In this document: positions 41,989 to 54,012 of the stretch, one piece after another
Numbering within the stretch: the first letter of the stretch is position 1
Layout: every line of letters begins with the position of its first letter
IMG/VR virus record: IMGVR_UViG_3300031853_000010
Span: 1-64,000 of that record
DNA: 64,000 nucleotides
Strand: one strand, 5' to 3'
Source: a virus
Lineage: Duplodnaviria > Caudoviricetes
Program-made: the position numbers and the translations under genes
The notes under the pieces: model-generated
Databases searched by the model: none
What the model saw: only the letters and a program-made list of their open reading frames with translations
What the model was told of the DNA's origin: nothing

Positions 41989-43092
41989 TTAAGAATTTAA
42001 CTTGTAAAAGTTCTTCAAATATTTCTCTGTCTCTTTTTCATAGATGTAGAAGTCTTTATTTATAGTTTTTGGAAGTGTAGTAGGCCAATCCCACCAGAAT
42101 ACGCCTGCAAAATGAGGGTCATCATAGAAAACATCCATACAAGATTTATAGAAGGTTAACTGTTCGCCTTCATTATAAGGAAGGTTTTCGGTAAAGTCCC
42201 AAGGATGTTTAGAAGCATCTCTTACGGAACGACATCCTATCTCCATGAAGATGAAGCGTTTGCCATTCTTTTCAGCAATTGCGTCAAGACGCTCACGAAC
42301 TTTCTTCCATTCTGCAACCATAGATTTATAGTCAGTCCCATTTATGCCTACTGGGTAGTAAGCAGAAGTGCCAAGAAAATCTAATTCATTAAACCATTCT
42401 TGGTCTTCTTCATGGTCGTGATTTGTATTATACACTAATGCGCCGCGATAGACACGTTTAATCTCTTGAATGATGTATTTCCAGTCATAAACTCTGTGTT
42501 CTGTTCCAAGCATTTCACAACCGATACATAACATTTCAATACCAAGTCGCTGAGCAAGTTCAGCATAGTGGAGAATGAAGTTTTTATAGCTTTCAAACCA
42601 AGGCTGCCAGTATGCATTAAGGTCATCCATGTTAAGGTCAGGGAAGCCTATATGCGCTCTCCATACATTATCTTCTGAATGAACCATTGGTTTTAAACAA
42701 ACTGCTATGCCGCGGCTGTGAGCATCACGAACGAACTCTTCAATGTCATGGTCAGAAGGAGTTCTTAAATGGTCAGCATAAATTTTTGTTGAGTGATATG
42801 TTTCTTGATAGTTAACTACTGTTAAACAAACCCAGTTAAGTCCAAGTTTATACATTTCTTCTCTTGACTCTTTTCCTTTTTCAGAAACAATTTCTCCACG
42901 ATTTGCGAAATAGCCATAGCTCATTCCTCTCATTTTATTGAGGTAGCTATTGTGAATTAACACTGGTTCTTCTGCGGTTTTGAACGGCTCCCATTTTTCA
43001 GGGATGCCGTCCTTCTGAACTTTATTATAATTAAATTCAATATCGCCGCCGTCTGAACCGAATGTTGATAAATTTTTATAATCGTAATTCAT
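41989..43092 (-). CDS. GH113 glycoside hydrolase (beta-mannanase family)
   Basis: LKPMV, WRAHI, WFESY, IGCEM (acid/base Glu), SAYYP, FMEIGC (nucleophile Glu), PWD, FWWDW. Confidence 0.85.
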   Translation of the reverse strand: MNYDYKNLSTFGSDGGDIEFNYNKVQKDGIPEKWEPFKTAEEPVLIHNSYLNKMRGMSYGYFANRGEIVSEKGKESREEMYKLGLNWVCLTVVNYQETYHSTKIYADHLRTPSDHDIEEFVRDAHSRGIAVCLKPMVHSEDNVWRAHIGFPDLNMDDLNAYWQPWFESYKNFILHYAELAQRLGIEMLCIGCEMLGTEHRVYDWKYIIQEIKRVYRGALVYNTNHDHEEDQEWFNELDFLGTSAYYPVGINGTDYKSMVAEWKKVRERLDAIAEKNGKRFIFMEIGCRSVRDASKHPWDFTENLPYNEGEQLTFYKSCMDVFYDDPHFAGVFWWDWPTTLPKTINKDFYIYEKETEKYLKNFYKLNS

Positions 43093-43133
43093 ACTCCTTT
43101 TCCTCCTATTAAATAATTATCTCAAATATGACA

Positions 43134-46100
43134 TTATGTTCCTTGTATTAAGTTTTTAAGTGCTCTGAGTTCTGCAATAGTAAATGAAACCTCTCCCTCA
43201 GACTGTGAGCCACTGAAGGTAAATACGGTCTTGTCATACTTTGTTTCACCTTTAATCTTTACGCCGCCATAGAGACGAAGTTCAGAACCATCAGTAATTT
43301 CAACAACTGGATTGTCTGGATAACTGTCAATATGTGGTTTCCAACCTGCTTCACAAATTGAGAAGGTGATTGTATAGCCGCCGTCTGCTGTGGCAATTGA
43401 GAGGATATCCCAAAGAGTGTAATCTTCTTGTGCGAGATATGCTTCAAATGCGGCATAGTCAGTAGCATTTGCTTGGAAATCTGCTATTGCTTGCGCCTGA
43501 TTTGATACGTCATATGTTGTGGAAGAAGTAAGGTCAAATGTTTTTGTATGGTCAGCATCGGCAATCCATTTTTCTCTCATAGTGAAATTAACAGGACCAT
43601 ATGCTTGAACAATAGGACCTTTCTCCCAGGGTTCTGGATTTTGTCCTACTCTATCTATTGTCTGAATTGGACCTCTCCAATCTTTACCCATATGAGCAGT
43701 CTGATGCCAAGGAATTGATGACTGAGCAGTCACTTCATAGATTGGACTTACCAGTTCAACTGAGTAGTTAGTGTCTGCAGCGGTTTTAAGATAGCTACCA
43801 TTGTTATAACTACCGCCAGTAGACCATGCTGTCAATACACCATTATGGTATACCTTATTATTTGTGAGATTCATTACTTTATTTATTAAAGCCTTCTGCT
43901 CAGCAGTCATATCGCTATATGTTGTATTAGCAGGAAGGTCGAAATCATTTGGAGTAGTTGTTCCAGTAGATGAGTAAAGCAAACTCATTCCAGTTTTTAA
44001 TGAAATATAAACATTGTAAAATCTTAACTTATATTTTCCAACTGTATCGTCCCATTCGTGGGTATAAGAAGGGCTTCTATTAAAACTCCAAGTTCCTTTG
44101 ATATTTAATGCTTTACCAAAAAGTTCTTTAATTGTTGTGTCTGTCATTGCAGCGGTATAAGTTGAATAATCAGTATCACTGTAAACGTATACAGATGCGG
44201 CGCTAATCCATATATTAGTTGTGCTGGTTTGAACATCTACTGACTGAACGTAATTATTACCGATAAATGTTTTTGTAATTCCATTTACAAGAAGTTCTGG
44301 ATTGTCATAAACTTTATTCCATACATTTTCTGGCTTGGTAGAAGTAAGATAACTACCAAATTCATCAGCAATTTGTTGATTTGTATATGAACTTAGGTCT
44401 TTCTAAATTTCAACTGTTTTAGTTTCATAATCATGACTATGCCATCCTGTAAACTCAGGATAATACATACCAGATTGAATTTTTCTTGTAGGATTGCTTG
44501 CTCTAAATATCTAAGTGCCACTCCATGACTCATAGTGGTTATTACCATCCCAGTTAATAAAAGAATCATTACCAGAAAGAATAGCTTGGAAATTTTCCCA
44601 GTGTCCTACAATATCAGTGCGAGTGCCGCTCATATCAAGACCAAAAAGTGTTTGGTTAGCCTTTTTATCTGTTGGACCGATTCTAATACTTGTTTGTCCA
44701 TAAAGATTAATATCCTTTGAATATTTTCCAGTAATAGAGATATTTTCTATTGCATCTGCATTATTAAAAAGTTTATGAATACTTACTTTTGAATGTGCAT
44801 CAGCACTTAATCTATTTGCAAGATAGCTATTATCTTCAGCACACATATGGTCAATAAGACCGCCTCCTAAACTAGCGCCTCTTAACACTAATGAGTTTTG
44901 GTCAATTTTAAGAGCGGAGCCGCCTGTAATTTCAAAATATGGGTCAGGCACGCCATCTATTAAATCTTGTACATGGGTTGGGATGTCTTCACGAAGATGT
45001 AAAAGAGTCTTTTTTATTGGAAAATCATAGTTGTCCAAAGAAGCGATGTGACCTAAATGCTCAAGTGCGCGGCCATAATCGGGAGCTTCAATACACTCTG
45101 CTTTAAAATTATTTTGTTCCAATTTGTCAAGACCACCAACGCCTACTATAATTTGTGTTGGCTCTACGGTAATTACTGCACACTTTTTAAAGTCTGTTGT
45201 ATCACATTGAGTTCTAATAATAGTATTTGGTCCAATGTCTACCTCAGTCATTTTATCAAAATCTTCAACAGAAGCCTACTGAGAAACTTCAGATACAGAA
45301 AAAGTTTTTATATAAACTGCTCTAAAATTAGATGAAACAAGAAAATCTTGTTCTGTTAAATTATCATAAGTTATTGTAATGCCAGGCTAACCATTATATT
45401 TTTCATACATAGAACGAATTAAATCATAATTATTCCATGATTGTTCTTTATATTGCCAATGAACATTGTAAAGCTCTTTGGTAAGCATTGTATCATCAAT
45501 GTCAAAAGTAATTGTACCCTTATCTGATGATGAAGAAGTGCGAATTAATTCTGCTGAAAAAACAACATGACTTCTTGCATGATAACCATCGCTCCACTAT
45601 CCACCAGAAATGTGGACACGCGCATTACCTTGAATAACAGTTTGTGCACCATTTTTTGCTTGAAATACAGCGTTGTCTAACATTTGGAAAGTAGGGCTGT
45701 CATGCATAGAAAATATTGGAATACCACTTGAGATATATTCATTATTTTTTATAAGTCCGAACGGGTCTTCATAACGACGAATGTTATCAACAATATTTCT
45801 AACGCCTTTTCTGAAACAATCATAATAAGGATGCTCCTTATTATAATTAAACCTCATAATCGCGCCGCCATCCATCTGTATAATCGGCATCTGCATATCA
45901 TCTTTTGGCTACATCATAATCTGTGCTGCACCGTCAAGAATTAAGCGAGAATAAGGAATTTCCTCGCCCCAGAATGTAGGTGCTGTCCATACGCCTTCTT
46001 CATAGTCATGGACTACTGTTTTGCCCATTAATATCTGAGCGCCCTTATCCATTATAAAAGTAGTGGGCTCAACATTAGCCATTGAACTTTGAAAACTAAA

Positions 46101-46445
46101 ACAGTTAACCTAATCAGTTTCAAACTGAGCACTATTACTACCAAAATCAGCAATGGTCTTTTTTGACATTTTTACTTTTGCAGCATTTCCCGATGCCCAA
46201 TCATTTCCGTCTCCCACAATAAGTTCATTTGCGAGAGCATTGATTGGAGGAGCTTGACCGCCGCCTTCTCCAAGACCAAAATGACCTTTTTCGCCGCCTG
46301 TGCCTGGGAAGAATTTTACTACGTCATAGTGTTCTTCGGCAGTATTTTGCTCGACAATATCGCTCAAATCTGAAAGAACAGTGTCTATGTTTTCAGCAGT
46401 AGCAGACTCTCCTTCTATTTTCCAGTAGTGTCCATTTTCTGCCAT
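43134..46445 (-). CDS. large putative tail fibre/spike protein (about 1103 aa, 7 in-frame TAG)
   Basis: Single frame joins four track ORFs; beta-rich repeats. Confidence 0.7.
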
Positions 46446-46708
46446 TAATCTCCCTCCTATATATCTATAAATTTATTGTCATAGCTACAAATAAACTTAC
46501 CGTCATGGGATTGTAAATTTGGAGCTTTTACTTTTATCTATTTACTTGCCGAAGCGTTAATGGGGATAATCTATTCTCCGACCTAAATACTCATGACAAC
46601 ATCAGCTTTGATGATATCATCGCCAATGTAGTCATAAGTAAGTTTAGTGTCGGAGATAGAGTTGGTTATTTCTTTATTAACGCTCGGTGAAAAATTGTTC
46701 CATGCCAT
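46445..46708 (-). CDS. small protein (87 aa, 4 in-frame TAG, absent from ORF track)
   Basis: GAGGTG RBS, promoter 46722-46750; TAA overlaps the next ATG (TAATG). Confidence 0.65.
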
Positions 46709-46758
46709 ATTCTTCACCTCTATTATATCATGTTCAGATTAAAAAGTCAAGTGGTTAA

Positions 46759-49700
46759 TTATACTGCATTGGGGTCCCAGTCATAGTGGATTGTAGCTTC
46801 TGCTCTTAAACCATAACGAGATTGTGTACCTGATGGTTGAGACCACTGGAAGTATACATCTGTGATTGAAGTGTTTCCTCTGAATGAATATTGATTAAGT
46901 TTTGATGCGGAAGTTCCTTTTATATAAACTTTCTTTACACCACCTTCATAATCGCCCTAAGTGAATGTATCTGCTGGAATTGAAACATTGCTTGGAATAA
47001 CAATTTCGTCCAATGCAGTACAGCCGCTAAACATATTGCTGGCCAATGCAATATTTTTCGCTTCATGGAAGGTTACAGAGGTTAATTTAGTACAACCTGC
47101 AAAACAATAGCTTTGAATGGTTGCAATTTGGTTTGGAATAACAGCATTTTTTAAGCCACTGTCTTTAAAACATCCTGTTGGAAGTGTAGTGACTGCTGTT
47201 GTAAGCTGAGGAATTTCTTCTATACTACTTTCGGCAAAAGCCTATTGAGCCAATCTTTTAATACCATTAGGACAATTAATAGATAAAAGTTTTGGACAAT
47301 TACTAAAATTATATGAACCTATTTGAGCTTCAAGTGTAGCTGGGAATTTTACTGTAGTTAAGTTAACACAATTGCGGAAAATATATGAATTAAGTTGATA
47401 GTTTCCTGGGTTATATACAGTTCCAGATAAATCAACTTCAACAAGGTCTGCGCAATCTTCAAAACATCTTTCTCCGATAGCATTTAAAGTAGCAGGAGCT
47501 GTCATGGAAGTGATTTTAGTATTTGCAAAGGCATATTTGTTAAAACTTGTAATTTGACTATCTTGTGCAAAAGTTATTGAAGCCAAAGAAGTGCAATCTT
47601 TAAATGCCTCATCTGAAATTGTTTTTACAGTGCTTCCTGTATTAAAATTAAATTCTGTAATGGATGAACAGCCAGAAAATGCTCTTGTGCCCAAAGTTGA
47701 AATTTTGCCAACCGTAGGATTAAGCATTTTCTTACAATCCATAAAGGCTTCTGCGCCAATTGATGTTGCTCCTGTTAAATCAAAAGATTGTTCTAAATTT
47801 ATACATCCACTATATGCGCCTTCTGGAACTGTATTAGAAGGCCAAGTGGTTGGCTGCTATATAGATGTCAAAGATTCACAATTTGCAAAAGCTCTTTTTG
47901 CTGAAGAGCTCTATAAAGTAAAATCGTTCTTTAAAGTTATTGAAGGAACCTTCTTACAACCATCAAAAGTATATCCCTAAATGGTCTTAACTTTGCTAAC
48001 ATCAAGTGGCTTATCTATTGAATTACAATGTTGAAAACTTGCATCTGCTAAATCAGTAACATTAGACAAATCAATATCTCCGTTCATCTTTCTACAACCG
48101 TAAAAAGCTCTTGAGCCAATTGAAGTTGTCAAATTGGTAATTTTTACTGTTGTCAAGTTTTCACAGAAGCTAAAAGCGTTAGTAGGAATAGTTGCTACTT
48201 TTGATAAGTCTGCATTTATATCCAAAGAACTACACTCAGAGAAAGCATACGAACCAATTGTCTCAATATTTGTTAAGTCAAAACCAGAAACTAATGAGGA
48301 GCATCCTACGAAAGTATAGGCTGGAATTTCTGTTATTTGTGATGGAAGATTGATGGTTGTTAACTTATCACAATTTCTGAAAGTATAAGTTTGACCGATA
48401 GAAGCAAAATCTTCATCAAGAACTATTTCCTCAACCTTTCCAAAAGAGTTTGCTGTGCCGCTTGAGCCAGTGAAGAACCAGTTGAATACATCTCCTGGCG
48501 CACCATAGATGCTAATCTTTTTAGGTTCGTTGTTTTCATTAAGTAGGTCAACTGTGAGATAGCGGTCAGGCATTACTGCGCCGCCAGAAACATTGACTGT
48601 AATTGAGTTGTTTAAGGTTGTGTCGTATGTGCCATTTTGGGTAATGTCTTGGCTTAGAGGAGTTTGAGCAACTAATGCGCCGTTGGAAACAACTTTGCCT
48701 TCGTCGGATGGGGTGAAGGAAGTTTGGACATTTACATTTACCATATTATATCCGGCATATTCACTGGGTTGATCATACTTAATATACATTTCTGACGGTT
48801 TCGGCGTTGTTTCCACATCAACCACCGTGTTACCCTTATTAGTCGGTATCTGCACCCCTGCCTGTTCCATGCTGAGAGTATCAGCGTAATCACCAATCTT
48901 TCTGAGAGGTTCGTTGACTATGCCTGTTTGCTCAGTTGCTAAGACGTACCAGACTGTTACTGGTGTGCCTGCGGCGTATTGAGCTGCGAGATATTCTTTC
49001 AGACCTGCAACTGTGTTTCCGCTTGTCTGTGCATTCATTATTGCGCTACCAAAGTTGAGATAAAGAACATCATCACCGTTGAATACACCCACCTTTGATG
49101 CTAATAACGTGCCCATATCTTCAAGATGACTACATACACAAGTCTTGTTTGCCAAATAGCCAGTTTGATAGTATAGATAATTACCTGGATTACCTGCGTC
49201 ATTCTTAGTCCAATTCTCCTTTCCCGTTAGCACCAACTTCTTCACTTTCCTTGTTGTCTGCACCTCACCCAGATAAACAGGCGTTGTGGTGTTGGCGGAT
49301 AAAATCGGGATTTTAACTCCATATGGTTCGTAGGGGAGAGCGGTTGAGCCTGTGTTGAGCATGGGTTGGGTTATGGTATATGATGTATTAGAAGATGTAA
49401 AAGAAATTCTGACTTTTACTGTTCCTTGTAATAATGTGAATATTTTTGCTGTACTTGTAGATGTTGAAGTTGCTTCTCCAAGAAAAGTCCCACTTCCATC
49501 ATAACAGTTACAAGCTATTGAGATTGATGATGATGTATTAGGAGATACTGTCAATCGCACAGCTTCTGTCACTGGAATAAAATCCGTATAAAAACCTCGC
49601 CATGCTGTGTTTGCTTGATACGATACACTGTCTGTACTAATTGTAATTGTACCGACTTCATAGTCGATTGTACCATCATTTTCGATTCTGCCTACGTGAA

Positions 49701-50082
49701 GTTTGTTAGCATCAAGAGGAAACAAATTCCCCGTCCTCTCACCACACTCACTCGGCTGTATCGGAGTTGTGGGCGTTGGTGTGCCAGTCTGAGACATATT
49801 TCCGCTAATGAGGTAGTCAAGCAGATTAGTTCCTAAACTATCATTAAGAGTTATTGGAAAAGATGTAGATGTTATTTCTGTTGGAGTAGATTCATAATAT
49901 GTACCATTTTCGGTAACATTTAAAGTAGTTAAATTAGCTGTAGGAATGGAATTAATGTCATTAGGAAATTCTTCCAATCCATCGCCAGCATTAACTGTGC
50001 CGCCCTTAGCGATGATAGCATTACCAATTGCAGGGACTGTCGCTTTCAATCTACGTAAATTATCTGCTAATGTATTTGGCAT
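46759..50082 (-). CDS. BspA-family leucine-rich repeat virion/fibre protein (about 1107 aa, 5 in-frame TAG)
   Basis: Many IG..AF..C..L repeats continue across the TAGs; ITENGTY-like tail repeats. Confidence 0.8.
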
Positions 50083-50083
50083 A

Positions 50084-50347
50084 TTATAACACCTCCTCTA
50101 ATACAGCATTTATATCTCCAATCAACTATCTTAATTCTTCTATATCTGAATTTATATCAGTAATAGACAATTGAATATTTGTAATATTTGTTGCGTTTGT
50201 GCTTATTTGTAACACGTCATTTGCTGTAATACCACTATTCATAGCTTCAAGCTACTTGCTGGTTGGAGTGAAACCTCCGCCACCACCGCCTCCACCACCT
50301 GTGGAATTATTAAAAGGATTAAACATACCTTGCATATTCATTTTCAT
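50084..50347 (-). CDS. small Gly-linker/coiled-coil protein (2 in-frame TAG)
   Basis: GGAGGT RBS, GGGGGGGG linker, ends IGDINAVLEEVL*. Confidence 0.6.
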
Positions 50348-50356
50348 CCACCTCCA

Positions 50357-50647
50357 TTAAGGAACATAATAAATATTACCGCTAAATGGCGCGTCAAAAA
50401 CAAGGCTATATATGTAGCTACCTCTTTCTCCATTAAAAGGAGTGATAAAACTACCGCAAGAAGGAACTTCAAGCTTGTTATCAGGATTGTTTAAGCTAAA
50501 AGATGTTCCCGCCGTCGCCTCAAAGCCAATAAAACGGAATGGAGTGTGGGTTATAATTCCTTTCGTTCTAAGTTCTTGCTTAATTAAGTCAATAACATTA
50601 GTACCAGCAGGAATTGCCGCTGTGGGTTTATACATTCTGTAATCCAT
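50357..50647 (-). CDS. hypothetical protein
   Basis: 96-aa ORF, AGGAGG RBS. Confidence 0.65.
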   Translation of the reverse strand: MDYRMYKPTAAIPAGTNVIDLIKQELRTKGIITHTPFRFIGFEATAGTSFSLNNPDNKLEVPSCGSFITPFNGERGSYIYSLVFDAPFSGNIYYVP

Positions 50648-50659
50648 AAAATCGCCTCC

Positions 50660-50914
50660 TTATAGAACTTCTGTTCCATATTCATTAAATATCTCCTTTA
50701 CTCTACTCATTTCCTCAGGATTATCAATTAATATTTTAATTGTGTCCCCTTGTAAGAATCTTGCCGATAGGACTCCTATTGTAGACCTACCATTAATTCT
50801 TCTCTCATATTCCTTATATAAAAATACAGAAGTCTTTAATTCATTTAGAGAATATACAAGACTTGTTGCATTTCTTGACATTAAGTTTTTGTTTAATTTA
50901 TATGTGCATTCCAT
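50660..50914 (-). CDS. second HPr-like protein lacking His15
   Basis: LMSRNATSLV in place of LHARPA; INGRSTIGVLS...QGDTIKI. Confidence 0.6.
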   Translation of the reverse strand: MECTYKLNKNLMSRNATSLVYSLNELKTSVFLYKEYERRINGRSTIGVLSARFLQGDTIKILIDNPEEMSRVKEIFNEYGTEVL

Positions 50915-50933
50915 ATTTTTCACCTCTTATTAT

Positions 50934-51007
50934 ATTATAGCACTCTCCGCCGAAAAAGTCAACATTTAAATTGAGAGCTTGACTTTTATAATTTTTCATG
51001 ATATAAT
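50934..51007. promoter_or_regulatory. divergent back-to-back sigmaA-type promoters at the strand switch
   Basis: Minus TTGACT (50957-62)/TATAAT (50934-39); plus TTGACT (50979-84)/TATAAT (51002-07). Confidence 0.75.
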
Positions 51008-51031
51008 AAAAATATCAAAGAAAAAAGGAGA

Positions 51032-51970
51032 GTGAAATACGTGATAGAAAAACAGCAAATAGACTGGCAACAGTTAAAACAGCATTTAGGATTTTTATAT
51101 AATTATAAAATGGATATTCCTTTATTAGAAGATAAAGAAAAAAATGCTGATATGATAATTACCAGAATTGTCGTAAAGTTTCTTCAGAAATATAATAGAC
51201 TATTAAAACTTAAACATACTTTTATAGTAGATTATAGAAATGATGCTTATTCTTTTATTGCCTATCGTATTATAAGAAGTGCTGCTTCGGCAATAAACAG
51301 CGACATCGACCTTCGTATTCTTGGAGTGCCGAAGACCGAAGAAGAAAAAAGTTTCTTCAAAGATGTTCCAACAATTGGTTGGAGAAAAGCGAAGAAACAC
51401 AAAAAAGCTGTGATAATTACAGCTTTTAATCCTATTTATAATGTATCAACCGCAGAGAATTTCTCTAATATTTTTATTGAAGTATTTAACCCACTGGAAT
51501 ATATTTCCCCTTATGATATAGGAACAATACAAGATTTCTATATTAATAAAGATTCTTCATTATATATAGAAAATATTGGAAAGAATAGCGAGGAACTGGA
51601 AAGTTGGTATGAATTTTATGAGCATCCGCTTGATAAGAATGTCTATCCAAGAGACATAGATGTAAATGATAAATTGCCAATAGTCTTCTTCCTTACAGGA
51701 ACAGAAGATGATTTTCCTGCTTATGATGAGATACTTAAATGTGCCGCCGTCGGTGAAATCGTGTTATATGTAATACCAGATGAGAAGGAAGAGTTTATTA
51801 AAGGTTGTCTTGCTCCACACGTGCCAAGCGCTTATTTGCCAAACAAACTTAATACTATAACTGAAGAGATAGCGACAGAAATAAAAAAGATGGATGATGA
51901 ACTGGAAGCGTATTATGTTTATTGTCCTGTTCATGAGAAGGAGGAGAACAATGAAAATAGCAATAGTTAA
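51032..51970 (+). CDS. hypothetical protein
   Basis: 312-aa ORF. Confidence 0.7.
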   Translation: MKYVIEKQQIDWQQLKQHLGFLYNYKMDIPLLEDKEKNADMIITRIVVKFLQKYNRLLKLKHTFIVDYRNDAYSFIAYRIIRSAASAINSDIDLRILGVPKTEEEKSFFKDVPTIGWRKAKKHKKAVIITAFNPIYNVSTAENFSNIFIEVFNPLEYISPYDIGTIQDFYINKDSSLYIENIGKNSEELESWYEFYEHPLDKNVYPRDIDVNDKLPIVFFLTGTEDDFPAYDEILKCAAVGEIVLYVIPDEKEEFIKGCLAPHVPSAYLPNKLNTITEEIATEIKKMDDELEAYYVYCPVHEKEENNENSNS

Positions 51971-52460
51971 TGGTCGCGGCGCCAGTGGTAAGACCACATT
52001 TGAAACAATGGTATAGAAAGTTGCTGCCGCACGAGATAAGAAGGTCAAGGTGATTTCTACTATCACATATGTGAAGGAGGTAGCAAAACTTCTCGGCTGG
52101 GATGGAAGTAAGGCTCCAGAAGACAGACGATTCCTTTCAGACCTTAAAGATGCTCTTACTCGTTGGAAGGATGTTCCTTACCAAAAGGTTAAGAGTTTTA
52201 TTGAAACTTATAAAGAAAATGGCACTGACCTTTTATTCATTGATTGCCGCGAGCCTGAAGAAATCGCAAGATTTGTTAATGACTATGGTGCATTTACAAT
52301 TCTTGTTCAACGTGGAGAGTTTGAACTGCTCGGTAATCATGCGGATGATAATGTTATGAATTATCAGTATGATATTGTAATTGATAATAACAGAGGTCTT
52401 GATGAATTACTACAAGAAGCTACAATTTTTGTTGAGACTTTTATAGAAGATTTAGATTAA
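51951..52460 (+). CDS. P-loop (d)NMP kinase-like protein (1 in-frame TAG)
   Basis: NGRGASGKTT lies upstream of TAG 52014-16; DCREPEE, HAD, IDNN. Confidence 0.8.
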
Positions 52461-52519
52461 GAAAAATTTGACTTTTTGAGAAAAATATTATATAATAAAT
52501 AAGAAAGGAGTGAAGAAAG

Positions 52520-52804
52520 ATGACCAAAGATGAAATGAGAACAATTGCGAATATTTATAATTTTGATGAATGGGCAACACTTAATGGTAAGTCTCTTCAA
52601 TTTTTAAATGATGAAGGAATTAATCTTATTATTCATGAAAATGGAGATTTTGAATTATTGTTCAAAGTGCCGTAGTCCTTGTCAATTCTTAAACTGGAAG
52701 CTGGCTCAGTTGACAATCTTAATTTTTTCGCAAGACAGTTAAACAATTTTAAATCACAAGTATGTCTTTTGACGAAAGGAGAAGTATATGGAAATTTTAA
52801 TTGA
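52520..52804 (+). CDS. hypothetical protein (1 in-frame TAG, absent from ORF track)
   Basis: AAGGAG RBS, promoter 52468-52496. Confidence 0.55.
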
Positions 52805-53918
52805 TGGATTTGACTTTTGGAATATGATTCCTCAGAAGTATTATGCTTTTACCGCCGCCTTCAAGGGTGATAAAAAGGCTAAGGCTAAGGAACTTGTAAT
52901 GTCTGATAAGTATATCGGTAGCCGCAAGATGGATGGTGCATGGAATATGATTATCAAAGACATGGACGGCAACTTCCATATGAGAAGCCGCACCGAATCT
53001 GTTAACGGCGGCTATCAGGATAAGGCTGAATGGATTCCTCATATTTGTGAGGAACTCAATGCTATTCCTAACGGCACTGCTCTTGTTGGCGAAATTTATT
53101 TTCCTGATAATGAAGGTAGTCGTAAGATAACCTCCGTTCTTAATTGTTTGAAGGATAAGTGTCTTGAACGTCAGAAGAAAAATGGCTATCTTCATTTTTA
53201 TGTATTCGATGTGGTTGCTTATAATGGTAAAAGTCTCATTGATACCCCCATTTCTGAAAGAGTTAATACATATCTTTACTACGAACTGATTGATGTCCTC
53301 AAAGGCAATGACCATGTTGAAATAGCAGAGTATGTAAAGGGTAAGGAACTTTGGGAACTTTATGGACAGGTTATTGCCGCTGGCGGTGAAGGTATCGTTA
53401 TTACCAGAGAAGACTGTCATTATCTTTGCGGTAAGAGAACTGCGTGGATGACTTTGAAGATGAAGAAGGAACTTGAAGACACAATCGATGCTTTCATTGA
53501 TGGTGATTATAAGGTCGCAACTCGTCTTTACACTGGTAAGGAAATGGAAACATGGTCTTATTGGGAGAATACAAAAACTGGTGAGAAGTATAATACTTGT
53601 CAGTTTGCAAGCCTATGTGCTGGTATTCCAGTTGAACCTATTACAAAGCCATATTACTACGGCTGGGCAAGCGCAGTATCATTCTCGGTAAAGGATGGAG
53701 ATAAGACCCGTCATATCGCTTGGATAAGTGGTATCACTGATGAACTTAAAAAAGAAATTATCTCAAATCCTGAAAAGTGGATTGGTAAGGTCGCAGAATT
53801 AACTGCTATGGAAATTGAACATATCGGTGATGACTACACTCTCCGTCATGGCAAAATTGAAAAATGGCGTGATGATAAGAGAGCCAACGATTGCGAGTTT
53901 AATCAGCTCACTAAGTAA
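52788..53918 (+). CDS. ATP-dependent DNA ligase
   Basis: RKMDG, GEIY, YVFDV, GEGIVI, LKMK, LRHG...RDDK. Confidence 0.85.
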   Translation: MEILIDGFDFWNMIPQKYYAFTAAFKGDKKAKAKELVMSDKYIGSRKMDGAWNMIIKDMDGNFHMRSRTESVNGGYQDKAEWIPHICEELNAIPNGTALVGEIYFPDNEGSRKITSVLNCLKDKCLERQKKNGYLHFYVFDVVAYNGKSLIDTPISERVNTYLYYELIDVLKGNDHVEIAEYVKGKELWELYGQVIAAGGEGIVITREDCHYLCGKRTAWMTLKMKKELEDTIDAFIDGDYKVATRLYTGKEMETWSYWENTKTGEKYNTCQFASLCAGIPVEPITKPYYYGWASAVSFSVKDGDKTRHIAWISGITDELKKEIISNPEKWIGKVAELTAMEIEHIGDDYTLRHGKIEKWRDDKRANDCEFNQLTK

Positions 53919-54012
53919 AAAATTGGATTAAACACTGTATAAAATTACATATTTATAGTAAGGGTGGAATTTCGGTTCTACCCTATTTTTTTTACAGTGA
54001 GGTGAATATATA

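Noticed and set aside
46445-46708. Third frameshift
   Set aside because: On recount the frame is continuous with four TAGs.
29774-50347. Pseudogene decay, introns or inteins explaining the fragmented ORFs
   Set aside because: All breaks are single in-frame TAGs with no frame change or insertion, which recoding explains.
149-50969. Plus-strand track ORFs before 51 kb, minus-strand ORFs after it, and 13765..14130 / 13822..14093
   Set aside because: These are shadows of real genes or overlap RNA genes, with no RBS or recognisable motifs.
51032-51970. NAD synthetase-like call
   Set aside because: Only a faint resemblance, with no SGGxDS motif; left as hypothetical.
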